Shown: one piece after another, positions 1 to 9,552 of the stretch | Numbering within the stretch: the first letter of the stretch is position 1 | How the letters are laid out: the number at the start of each line of letters is the position of its first letter | DNA from: Chiloscyllium plagiosum | Taxonomy: Eukaryota | Length of the DNA stretch: 20,000 bases | Direction of reading: 5' to 3' | NCBI RefSeq assembly: GCF_004010195.1 | Contig: NC_057750.1 | Location: 8,740,223-8,760,222, forward strand | Translations under genes and position numbers: made by a program | The notes under the pieces: generated by a model | Seen by the model: the letters and a program-made list of their open reading frames with translations, nothing else | What the model was told of the DNA's origin: nothing | Database searches by the model: none

Positions 1-104
1 CTGACCTCATCAAACCCCTTTCTCCACCTCCATTTGTCTTTACTGCATTTTATCCACTTTTGTTTTCCGATTTGTGTCTCTCCCTTAATCTTTTCTGACA
101 TGCC

Positions 105-315
105 AATGCAGTGCATGTCAGAGGGAGCACTTTCCAAACTGACTTGAGGGTGTGATGTTGAACTGAGACAGATTCCTGTTCACTTGGTAAAACAGACCTT
201 TCAGGTCCAGGGCTAATATGTGAAGAAAAACATATCCAACATGACTAAAAAACCATTATCAGGGCATTCAGTGCACTGCTGCTTATGGGATGTTGCTGAG
301 CACAAAGTGGCCATT
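105..315 (+). mobile_element. Degenerate Deu-domain SINE fragment (SacSINE1/AmnSINE-like)
   Basis: Motifs ccaacatgactaaaa..attatc..cattc and ctgcttatgggatgttgctgagcacaaa resemble the recalled DeuSINE body; heavily decayed. Confidence 0.35.
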
Positions 316-330
316 TACCAACACATCTTG

Positions 331-610
331 AGACCATAAGACATAGAAACAGAAGTAGGCCATTCAGCCTGCTGACCTTTCTGCCTGAGATAGTGACTGT
401 TCTGATTATTCTCAACTCCACTTTTCTGCCTTTTCTCCATAACCTTTGAATCTCTTACTATTTAAAAATCTGTCTATCTTGCCTTGAATATACTTAATCA
501 CTCAGTCTTAATAGCCCTGTGCAGTAAAGAATTCCATAGATTCACTACCCTCTGAGAGAAACTTCTCATCTTTGTCTTAAATGGGTGACCCCTTAATCCC
601 TCTGGTCCTA
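331..610 (-). mobile_element. Old CR1 LINE 3' end (left part, split by a younger CR1)
   Basis: Starts with the reverse-complement CR1 tail accataagacatag..agaagtaggccattcagcc; similar to 3676-4037; the sequence continues at 3107. Confidence 0.8.
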
Positions 611-3106
611 CAGTTGTTATGGAGGATTTCAACATGCAGGTAGACTGGGAGAATCAGGATGGTACTGGACCCCAAGAAAGGGAGTTTGTGGAGTGCCTCC
701 GAGATGGCTTCTTAGAACAGCTTGTGCTGGAGCCTACCAGGGAGAAAGCAATTCTGGATCTGGTGTTGTGCAATGAACCGGATTTGATCAGGGACCTCGA
801 AGTAAAGGAGCCATTAGGAGGTAGTGACCACAATAAAATAAGCTTTAATCTGCAGTTTGAAAGGGAGAGGGTAGAATCGGAAGTGACAATATTTCACTTG
901 AATAAGGGGAACTATGGAGCTATGAGGGTGGAGCTGGCCAAAGTTCAATGGTGCAGGGATGGCAGCGGAACAACAGTGGCAGGTACTTCTGGGTATGATG
1001 CAGAAGATGCAGGATCAGTTCATTCCAAAGAGGAAGAAAGATCCTCAGGGGAGGCAGGGGTGGCCATGGCTGACGAGGGAAGTTAAGGACCATATGAAGA
1101 CAAAAGGGAAAAAGTATAACATAGCAAAGATGAGTGGGAAATCGGAGGACTAGGAAGCTTTTAAAGAACAACAGAGGATAACTAAAAAGGAAATACGCAA
1201 AGAAAAAATAAGGCACGAAGGTAAACTCCCCAAAAATATAAAGGAGGATAGTAAAGGCTTTTTGAGATATGTGAAAAGAAAAAAATGGTTAAGACTAAAA
1301 TTGCGCCCTTGAAGACAGAAACGGGTGAATTTATTACGGGGAACAAAAAAATGGCAGAAGAGTTGAATTGGTACTTTAGATCTGTCTTCACTGGGGAAGA
1401 CTCGAGCAATCTCCCAGATGTAATATTGGCTGAAGGACCTAAACTGAAGGGAATTTATATTAGGCAGGAAATGGTGTTGGAGAGACTGTTAGGTCTGAAG
1501 GCTGATAATTCCTCGGGACCTGATGGTCTGCATCCCAGGGTACTGAAGGAGATGGCTGTAGAAATCGTGGATGCATTGGTGATCATTTTCCAATGTTCTA
1601 TAGATTCAGGATCAGTTCCTGCGGATTGGAGGTGGCTAATGTTGTCTCACTTTTTAAGAAAGGAGGGAGAGAGAAAACAGAGAATTATAGACCAGTTAGT
1701 CTGACCTCAGTGGTGGGAAAAATGCTGGAGTCAATTCTAAAGGACGAAATTACGATAGCAGTAACAGGATAGGTCAGAGTCAGCATGGATTTATGAAGGG
1801 GAAATCATGCTTGACTAATCTTCTGGAACTTTTTGAGGATGTAACTCTGAAGATGGACAAGGGAGATCCAGTGGATGTAGTATATCTGGACTTTCAGAAA
1901 GCCTTTGATAAAGTCCCACATAGGAGATTAGTGAGCAAAATTAGGGCACATGGTATTAGGGGCAAAATACTGACATGGATTGAAAATTGGTTTGCTGACA
2001 GGAAACAAAGAGTAGTGATAAACGGCTGCCTTTCGGAATGGCAGGCGGTGACCAGTGGTGCGCCGCAGGGATCAGTGCTGGGACCGCAGCTTTTTACAAT
2101 GTACATTAATGATATAGATGAAGGTATTAAAAGTAATATTAGCAAATTTGCTGATGACACAAAGTTGGGTGGCAGGGTGAAATGTGAGGAGGATGTTAGG
2201 AGAATACAGGGTGACCTGGACAGGCTAGGTGAGTGGACAGATGCATGGCAGATGCAGTTTAATGTGGATAAATGTGTGGTTATCCACTTTGGGTGGCAAG
2301 AACAGGAAGGCAAATTACTACCTAAATGGAGTCAAGTTAGATAAAGGGGCAGTACAATGAGATCTAGGTGTTCTTGTACATCAGTCAATGAAAGCAAGCA
2401 TGCAGGTACAGCAGGCAGTGAAGAAAGCTAATAGCCCTTGGGTCCTAATCTCTCCTGCTAACAGAAACATCTTCCTTCATAACAAGAGGAATTGATAATG
2501 GAAGCAAAGAAGTCCTTCAGCAGCTGTACAGGGCCCTGGTGAGACCGCACCTGAAATATTGTGCACAATTTTGGTCTCCAAATTTGAGGAAAGACATTTT
2601 GGCTATTGAGGGAGTGCAGCATAGGTTCACGAGGTCAATTCCCGGAATGGCGGGACTATCTTACGCTGTAAGATTGGAGGGACTGGGCTTGTATATGCTT
2701 GAGTTTAGAAGGCTGAGAAGGGATCTGATTGAGACATATAAGATTATTAAAGCATTGGACACTCTGGAGGCAGGAAGCATGTTTCCGCTGATGGGTGTGT
2801 CCCGAACCAGAGGACACAGTTTAAAAATAAGGGATAGGCCACTTAGAACAGAGTTGAGGAGAAACTTCTTCACCCAGAGAGTGGTGGGTGTATGGAATGC
2901 TTTGCCCCAGAAGGCTGTGGAGGCCAAGTCTCTGATACTTTCAAGAAAGAGTTGGATAGAGCTCTTAAGGATTGTGGATTCAAGGGTTATGGGGATAAGC
3001 AGGAACAGGATACTGATTGAGGATGATCAGCCATGATCATAATGAATGGTGGTGCTGGCTTGAAGGCCAGAATGGCCTACTCCTGCACCTATTGTCTATT
3101 GTCTAT
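611..3106 (+). mobile_element. 5'-truncated CR1 LINE with pseudogenised ORF2 (endonuclease end plus reverse transcriptase)
   Basis: ORF pieces: VVMEDFN..LDLVL..GSDH (APE end), GPDGLHPRVLKE, YLDFQKAFDKVPH, PQGSVLGP, FADD (RT), RPHLKYCAQFWSP, TRGHSLK, FFTQRVVGVWNALP. Multiple frameshifts and stops; ends in an (ATTGTCT)n tail at 3091-3106. Confidence 0.95.
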
Positions 3107-3460
3107 AATCTCCCACAACCTCTCCATAGCTGCCCTATCAAGTCCTCTAAAAATCCTGTACGTTTCAATGGGTCACCTCTCCTTCTAAACTTCAATGAGT
3201 ACAGGTCCAATCTACTCAATCTCTTCTCATGAGAAGTTACCTCCATATCCGGAAAAACCCAGTGAACCTTCTCTGGGCTGCCTCTAGTACTTGTATATCT
3301 TTCCTTCGATAAGGGGCTGAAAAATGTATACAGTATTCTAGCTGTGGTCTGACCAAGCAAAACTTCCCCATTTTTATACTTCATTCCTTTTAAATTAAAG
3401 GTCAACATTACATTTGCCTTCCCTATCACCCACTGAACTTGGATGCTAGCTTTTTGTGAC
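3107..3460 (-). mobile_element. Old CR1 LINE ORF2 C-terminal fragment (right part of the element at 331-610)
   Basis: Minus ORF 3103-3486 contains QKASIQVQ..GKANVML..GMKYKN and RLSRLDLYSLKFRRRGD, typical of the CR1 ORF2 C-terminus. Confidence 0.8.
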
Positions 3461-3480
3461 TGACATAGAAGAACAAATAA

Positions 3481-3556
3481 TGGCACCCAGTGTGGTGCTT
3501 AAATCCACAATCCTGCGAATAAGGCTCTCATACTCTACCAACTGAACTAGCCGGAC
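3481..3556 (-). pseudogene. Retroposed tRNA-Lys(CTT) pseudogene with encoded CCA
   Basis: Reverse complement GTCCGGCTAGTTCAGTTGGTAGAGTATGAGAGCCTTATTCGCAGGATTGTGGATTTAAGCACCACACTGGGTGCCA aligns without gaps to recalled vertebrate tRNA-Lys-CTT (59/76 by hand). The CTT anticodon is retained, the T-loop/B box and anticodon stem are degraded, and it ends in CCA. Confidence 0.8.
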
Positions 3557-3675
3557 GTTAAGTGTTGAATTTTAAATGATGTGTTCTGTTTGGATCATGT
3601 AACTTTGCCTCTCAAGAAGTGGGATGAAAGCTCCATAGATTAATGAGGGGAATTCCAGACATCACAGTGAAAATA

Positions 3676-4037
3676 AACCATAAAACATAGGAGCAGAAGT
3701 TAGGCCATTCGGCCTATCGAGTCTACTCCACCATTCAATCATAGCTGATCAGTTTCTCAACCCCATTCTCCCACCTTTTCCCCAGAACCTTTGATCCCCT
3801 TAACAATCAAGAACCCATCTATCTCTGTCTTAGATGTACTCAATGACCTGGCTTTCACAGCCTTCTGTGGCAGTGAATTCCATAGAATCACTACTCTGGT
3901 TGAAGATGTTTCTCCTCATCTCCATTCTAAAGGGTCTTCCCTTTACTCTAAGGCTATGCCCTTGGGTCCTAATCTCTCCTGCTAACAGAAACATCTTCCC
4001 AATGTCCACTGTATCCAGGCCTTTCAGTATTCAGTAA
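3676..4037 (-). mobile_element. CR1 LINE 3' fragment
   Basis: Tail aaccataaaacataggagcagaagttaggccattcgg, then gccttctgtggcagtgaattcca (reverse complement of WNSLPQKAV). Confidence 0.85.
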
Positions 4038-4056
4038 ATGGCTCTTTCTGTCACAG

Positions 4057-4250
4057 GTTATCCATGTCACAGGGCGCTTGCGATCTCGGATTTCATTGCC
4101 TCACGCTCGTGCTGTTCCCACCAGCTTCATGGGAATGGTGGCTCTCGCCCACACACTCCCGCCTTCCACCATTAATGAGGTTCGGATTGAGTGCCACATG
4201 TTTGTCTCCAGGGTCAGTCTGGATCTGCAGATCATCTACTGTGAAAACAG
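4057..4250 (+). CDS. npas1: Coding exon (194 bp) of a neuronal PAS domain protein (NPAS1/NPAS3 family, bHLH-PAS); end of PAS-A to start of PAS-B
   Basis: Acceptor ctctttctgtcacAG, donor AG|GTcagt. Encodes [64 protein letters not shown](R); phase 2 end fits the next exon. Family is certain; npas1 versus npas3 is tentative. Confidence 0.92.
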
Positions 4251-4504
4251 GTCAGTGTCTGAGTTCTGAGCAGTGAATTAACTGTGATAAAATGCAGTAT
4301 ATTCCATGCCATGGATGGCTACACCCCTTTACTCTAGCCATTTCTGCACTTTTTATTTGCATTTCAGAGTCTTTCTTGATTTATTTCCCTGTCTGTGACT
4401 CAAATTGTCCTTTATCAAACCTGAGAATGAATTTGTTGATGCAATGATGATGTTCCCGACAGTCACGTGCGAGGGACTGTGAAGAAATGAAGGAATAACA
4501 GAGT

Positions 4505-4598
4505 ATCAGGTTGTAAGTTTGCTCGCAGAGCTGGCAGGTTTGTTCTCAGATGTTTCGTCACTATGCTAGGTAACATCATCAGTGAGCTTCCGTTGAAG
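4505..4598 (-). mobile_element. Penelope-like element terminal fragment with a minimal hammerhead-like motif (4545-4586)
   Basis: Minus strand reads CTCA-CTGATGA-T-GTTAC(ctagcata)GTGAC-GAAAC-ATC-TGAG: hammerhead core boxes with paired stems I and II. Confidence 0.6.
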
Positions 4599-4769
4599 AG
4601 TATGTAGCACTTACGCAAGTCAGACAGAACTCACTCATAGGTAAATGGGAAGCTACTTCAGGACACACATTATCAGCAGAGACAAGGAGATCCTTCTCTC
4701 CAGTGTGCAGATTAGACTTCCAAACCACAAATCTTGTGGCAACACAAAACAATATGTTCCTCCTTCAGT

Positions 4770-5210
4770 GGACTCTTTCTCTCTATCATTCTCTGTCTCC
4801 CATTGTCCATATTCCAGTCTCTAAATTTTTCTTTCTCTGTACATCTTTCTCCATTTCTTTTTTATGTGTCTCTTTGACTCTGACTCACTTTGTACCTCTC
4901 TGTCTCTGCATGTTTCTCTGTGTGTGTGTCTCTCTCTCTCTCTCTCTCTCTCTGATCACATGGCTCTGTCTTTCTGTCTGTCTTCCTTATCCATCCAATT
5001 CTGTGCCTCTCGCTGTCATTCTCTCTCTGTCCATGTCTTTCTCTCCCTTTCTGCCCATCTTGTAATCTGTCCATCACTCTCTCCCTATCTATGAAACTTC
5101 ACCTGTCTGTTGAATCTTTAATTATATGCATTGTTTCCTGTCTGTCTATCCATTGGTCCTCTGTCTGTCTAGGTGTTTGTCCACCTGTCTATTGGCCTGC
5201 CTGCTTAATC
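4770..5210. repeat. CT-rich low-complexity tract with (TG)n(TC)n microsatellite at 4919-4952
   Basis: Directly visible dinucleotide runs and repeated ctgtct/tctgt words. Confidence 0.85.
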
Positions 5211-5954
5211 TAACAGTTTGTTCAACTATGTAAACATGTATATTGGTTTGGCTGTTTTATCTCTATTCATCTTGAATTTGTCTGCCTTATGTACTTGTTC
5301 GGAATGATTTGTTCCGCTCTCTGCCAAAACTATTGCAGCTTTCTCTTCACGTCACAGGAATGAGCATGCCAGATTCTTACAAGTTCTGTAAAATCACATA
5401 ACATTGGACACAATCAGTGATGAGTTCCAGTGCCTAAGAGAGACAAGAAACAGTATCTGTGCTGCCTAATCTGCTGTAGCCTGTTTCTCTGTCTTATATT
5501 TATTGAATCTGTGTCTATCTATCTAACTCTTATTTATCTATCAACTTATTCATTGGTGCTACTGTCTATCCATTTGATCATATATCTAACATTTGGATAG
5601 AGAGAAGGACTGATGGATAGAGATGCAAAGAGAGATCGGCATACACAACAGGCTAATGTCACTCGGCCTCCTGTACTTACAATTTTAAATTCAATTTCTG
5701 TTAAAATGTGTGAAAAAGATTTTGTGCCTTTTTCAGTACAACAATGTTTACACTGGAATTGTCCTTCTCTTGCCAGTGTTATAATTCCAGCAAATCAAAT
5801 CAATGCCAGATTAAAAACCGGTTTGATAGATATTATGATGTTTTATCCTAATTATTGTGGCAACCTTTTACTGAAAAGCAAACACTCAATGTTGTAGATT
5901 TGGTTTTAACAAGAGAACAGATGTTTATTACATAAAAGGCGGAATGGGAGGGGC

Positions 5955-6168
5955 CAGTCATCTAGAATCCTAGATTAACATTCTAATAACATAGGGTCAA
6001 ATCACACAATAGCAGATGATGAAATTTGAATTCAATAAAAATCTAAAATTAAAAAGCAGGCATAATAGGGACCATGTAACCACTATTGATTGTCATAAAA
6101 ACCCATCTGCCATCCTTACCTGGTCTGGCCTACATGTGACTCCAATACCACAGTTAACTGTCCTCTGG
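5955..6168 (+). mobile_element. Shark tRNA-derived SINE (degenerate)
   Basis: B-box-like gggtcaaatcacaca, then gaaatttgaattcaataaaaatct and catccttacctggtctggcctacatgtgactcca; same family in reverse at 16633-16855 and 19448-19496. Confidence 0.6.
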
Positions 6169-6177
6169 CAAGTCATT

Positions 6178-6486
6178 CAGTTCATTGGTCATCAGTGCAT
6201 TGAGTGTCGGAGTTGGGAAGACATGGTGTGGCTGTACAGGACATTGGTTAGGCATCGTTTGGAATACTGCATTCAATTCTAGTATCCTTGCTATAGGAAA
6301 AATGTTGTTAAACTTGAAAGGGTTCAGAAAAAATTTACAAGGATGTTACCAGGGTTGGAGAATTTGAGCTATAGAGAGATGCTGAATAGGCTGGGACTAT
6401 TTTCCCTGGAGTGTTGAAAGCTGAAGAGTGAACTTGCAGAGGTTTAAAAAAATCATGAGGGGCATTGATATGGTGAATAGTCAAGG
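6178..6486 (+). mobile_element. CR1 LINE ORF2 C-terminal fragment
   Basis: LYRTLVRHRLEYCIQF followed by KLERVQKKFTRMLPGLENLSYREMLNRLGLFSLE; similar to 19579-19989. Confidence 0.85.
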
Positions 6487-6869
6487 TCCAGCATGTGCAG
6501 TATTTTCTGTTTTTTATAAAATGAACAAACTTGCATTAACACTCCAGGAGGCCTTCAATAATTTATATTTTACATATACTGATTTAAAGTTATGGTTCTG
6601 GAAATACTCACCTTGATAATTATGAAACACCATCACACAAATAGGCCAAACCCATAAGCCACTAGGTTAAAATTTAAACTAAAAAAAGAGATTAGAATGT
6701 GGAAATCACACATCTTTCAGCACCAGATACTACAACTGTTACAGTTAAAGACATGAATAATATGTAAAGCTTTCCAATATGATTTTGAACCTAGTTCTTA
6801 CTTGCTTTTGTTGATTTTTATTTTCAAATTTCAAAGCATTTTGAAAACTCAGGTTGGTCATTAAAGAGA

Positions 6870-7286
6870 TGCAGTGATTGGAACCAGATTGACCTCATCA
6901 ACTATGAGGTCATTGATTGGAGGTTGTTAACCTGGGCAAATCAGGAAAGCACTAGCTGAATAATATAACCAGGAGAGAAAAAATAACCAGGAGATTCCTG
7001 GTGGTGGAATATAAATAAAGATGTACACACTTGTTGTTTTACACTGTGTCTCACACCTGCACAAACACATCATGGGTGTTGGGGAAAAAATAAGCACTAC
7101 CACAGTTAGGCAGTAGTGTGAGGGTTTAAAAAAAAAGAAAAAACAAAATTAAAAAAAACAGGAGGGTCAGAGGTTCTGTTCACTCTGAGAGCTGGCCCTG
7201 AGGAAAAAGGATCAGTGTCAGGGACTCTCCCTATGTAAATTAAGGGTGACTTGGTGACGGGATACCGGCCTCTTGGAGTTACTTCA
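6870..7286 (+). mobile_element. LTR-like sequence (TG...CA) interrupted at its TATA region by an A-tailed insert (6983-7158)
   Basis: Begins TGCAGTGATT, has TATA-like aatataa, and ends aagggtgacttggtgacgggataccggcctcttggagttacttCA. The same ending recurs at 11825-11874, there with AATAAA. Confidence 0.6.
6983..7158 (+). mobile_element. Copy A of a ~140-bp hairpin-ended, A-tailed unit (probable 3' terminus of a Tx1/L1-clade LINE)
   Basis: ataaccaggagattcctggtggtggaatataaataaag...gcactaccacagttaggcagtagtgt followed by an A-rich tail; five copies in the window. Confidence 0.75.
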
Positions 7287-7299
7287 CCAAGAATTGCTC

Positions 7300-7910
7300 T
7301 TTTTTCATCTTGTTCGAGATCCAGCTTATCCCCTTGTCTTAAATCTCACTCTATTTTTTCCTGATCCTTGACCTATTCCTTGGGCATCACTCTATAGGTC
7401 TCCTTCCCTTCTCCCACTGGCTTCATCATCCAAAACTCAACCTTATCCCTTGCCCCCACTATATCTCTTGATTGTCCACAGCGTCACCATCTCCCTTGCC
7501 CTAGGCCTCAACCTCCCAGACCTCAAATCCCCGCCCCTTATCCCAGGCCGCACTCCACTGCCAAGTGGCTTCTAGGCCTCAGCATACCCCTTACCCTCGA
7601 GGTCATTCTATCCCTCATGTACTACAAGCCTTTCCATACTAGGTCTCAACCTATCCTTTGCATTAGGCCTTAGCTTAACAGTCGGCCTCAACTTATGCCT
7701 TTGTTTCAGTTTTTCCTTCCTTTATGCCAGGCTTCACTTGACCTGCTAGACCCAGGCCTCGCCCTCTAACTTAACCTCCTCTAGTCACCTGCCTTTGTCC
7801 TGGGCCTCACTCTCCCTTATTATCCTAGGCCTCACTTTATCCTTTTATAGGGTCACCCTACTAGGCCCCATCCTACTCTTTGCTGGAGGTCCTACCCAAC
7901 CCCTGATCCT
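7300..7910. repeat. Degenerate pyrimidine-rich tandem repeat with recurring CTAGGCCTCA word
   Basis: About ten variants of (c)taggcctca, for example at 7501, 7573, 7639, 7826 and 7861, at irregular spacing. Confidence 0.6.
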
Positions 7911-8126
7911 CAAGGCGGCCATATGCAGTTATTTTTGGTGAGCATCCATTTGCTAACCTCCTCTTGCAATTGGAATTTGTTATTTTGAGTCCTGCATGCC
8001 CTTGACGTTGCTTCTATTTTTACGTTTGTTCTCAGCTGTTCTCGCATTAAATTTGCTCTCGCCCCAGCTGCTTAAGGTCTCTGGCAGAAGAAAAAAAATA
8101 ATAATATAACCAGGAGAGAAAAAAAA

Positions 8127-8508
8127 ATAACCAGGAGATTCCTGGTGGTGGAATATAAATAAAGATGTACACACTTGTTGTTTTACACTGTGTCTCACAC
8201 CTGCACAAACACATCATGGGTGCTGGGGAAAAAATAAGCACTACCACAGTTAGGCAGTAGTGTGGGGATTTAAAAAAAAGGAAAAAAAAACAAAAGGGTC
8301 AGGGGTTCTGAAAAAAAAAGAAAAAGAAAAAAAAGACCAAGAGAGAAAAAAATATAACCAGGAGATTCCTGGTGGTGGAGTATGAATAAAGATGTACACA
8401 CTTGTCGTTTTACATTGTGTCTCACACCTGCACACACACATCATGGGTGCTGGGGAAAATATAAGCACTACCACAGTTAGGCAGTAGTGTCGGGGTAAAG
8501 AAAAAAAT
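8127..8508 (+). mobile_element. Copies B (8127-8294) and C (8354-8508) of the ~140-bp hairpin/A-tail unit, in tandem
   Basis: Near-identical to 6983-7158; each is preceded by ataaccaggaga and followed by an A-rich tail. Confidence 0.75.
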
Positions 8509-8629
8509 ATATAAACAGGGGATTGACATTAAAGCACAATATTATGCACATACATTGCAAACAGTGCAAAATGTTAATAAAATGAAGTTAGAGTTCATTC
8601 CAGTAAGAAACAAGCTTAAAACAGCATAT

Positions 8630-9552
8630 CAGGCAGCATCCGAGGAGCAGGAAAATCGACGTTTCTGGCAAAAGCACTTCATGAGGAATAGAGGCAGGGA
8701 ACCTGCAGTGATAAATGAGAGTGGGGTGGGGAGAAAGTAGCATAGAATACAATAGGTGAATGGGGATGGAGGTGATAGATCAGAGAGGAGGGTGGGGGAA
8801 GGTAGCAAAGAGTACAATGGGTGAATGGGGGTGGGGATGAAGGTGATAGGTCAGAGAGGAGGGTGGAGTGGATAGGTAGAAAGAAAGATAGACAGGTAGG
8901 ACAGGTCATGAGGGCGGTGCTAGGCTGGAAGGTTGGAGCTGGGGTGAGGTGGGGGAAATGAGGAAACTGGTGAAATCCACTTTGATGCCATGGGGTTGAA
9001 GTGTTCCGAGGCGGAAGATGAGGCGTTCTTCCTCCAGGCGTCAGGTGGTGAGGGAGCAGCGGTGGAGGAGGCTCTGGACCTGCATGTCCTCGGCAAAGCA
9101 GGAGGGGGACTTGAAATGTTGGGCCACAGGACAGTGGGGTTGATTGGTGCGGGTGTCCCGGAGATGTTCCCTAAAGCGCTTTGCTAGGAGGCATCCAGTC
9201 TCCCCAATGTAGAGGAGACCGCTTCGGGAGTAAAGGATACAATAAATGATATTGGTGGATGTGCAGGTAAAACTTTGATGAATGTCAAAGGCTCCTTTGG
9301 GGCCTTGGATGGAGGTGAGGGAGGAGGTGTGGGCACAGGTTTTGCAATTCCTGCGGTGTCAGGGGAGGGTGCCAGGAAGGGAGGGTGGAGGGGGCGTGGA
9401 CCTGACCAGGTAGTCACGGAGGGAACGGTCTTTGCAAATGGGTGGGGAGGGAAATATGCCCCTGGTGGTGGGGTCCGTTTGGAGGTGGCAGAAATGACGT
9501 CGGATGATGTGGTTTATGCGAAGGTTGGTAGGGTACCAGAGGGGGGTTCTGT
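8630..9552 (-). mobile_element. Penelope-like element, inverted 3' arm with GIY-YIG endonuclease remnant and terminal repeat
   Basis: Minus strand 9191-9295 translates GAFDIHQSFTCTSTNIIYCILYSRSGLLYIGETGC (GIY-YIG); 8630-8800 is the reverse complement of part of 10488-10677. Confidence 0.88.

Noticed and set aside
619..3036. RT-like ORFs as a functional gene or active retroelement
   Set aside because: They are frameshifted, stop-interrupted pieces of one 5'-truncated CR1 ORF2 with no ORF1.
3481..3556. Functional tRNA-Lys gene
   Set aside because: The T-loop reads GATTTAA rather than GTTCGA, the stems are mismatched, and the genomic CCA indicates a retrocopy.
4458..4480. Small hairpin acagtc..gactgt with CACGTG E-box
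   Set aside because: Short enough to arise by chance, with no supporting evidence.
4703..5094. Hydrophobic or charged ORFs
   Set aside because: Translations of CT/GA low-complexity sequence.
6983..7158. The ~140-bp unit as a snoRNA, twister ribozyme or Helitron end
   Set aside because: No convincing C/D or H/ACA boxes, twister pseudoknots or CTRR terminus were found by eye; the A-tail favours a retroposon 3' end. Infernal was not run.
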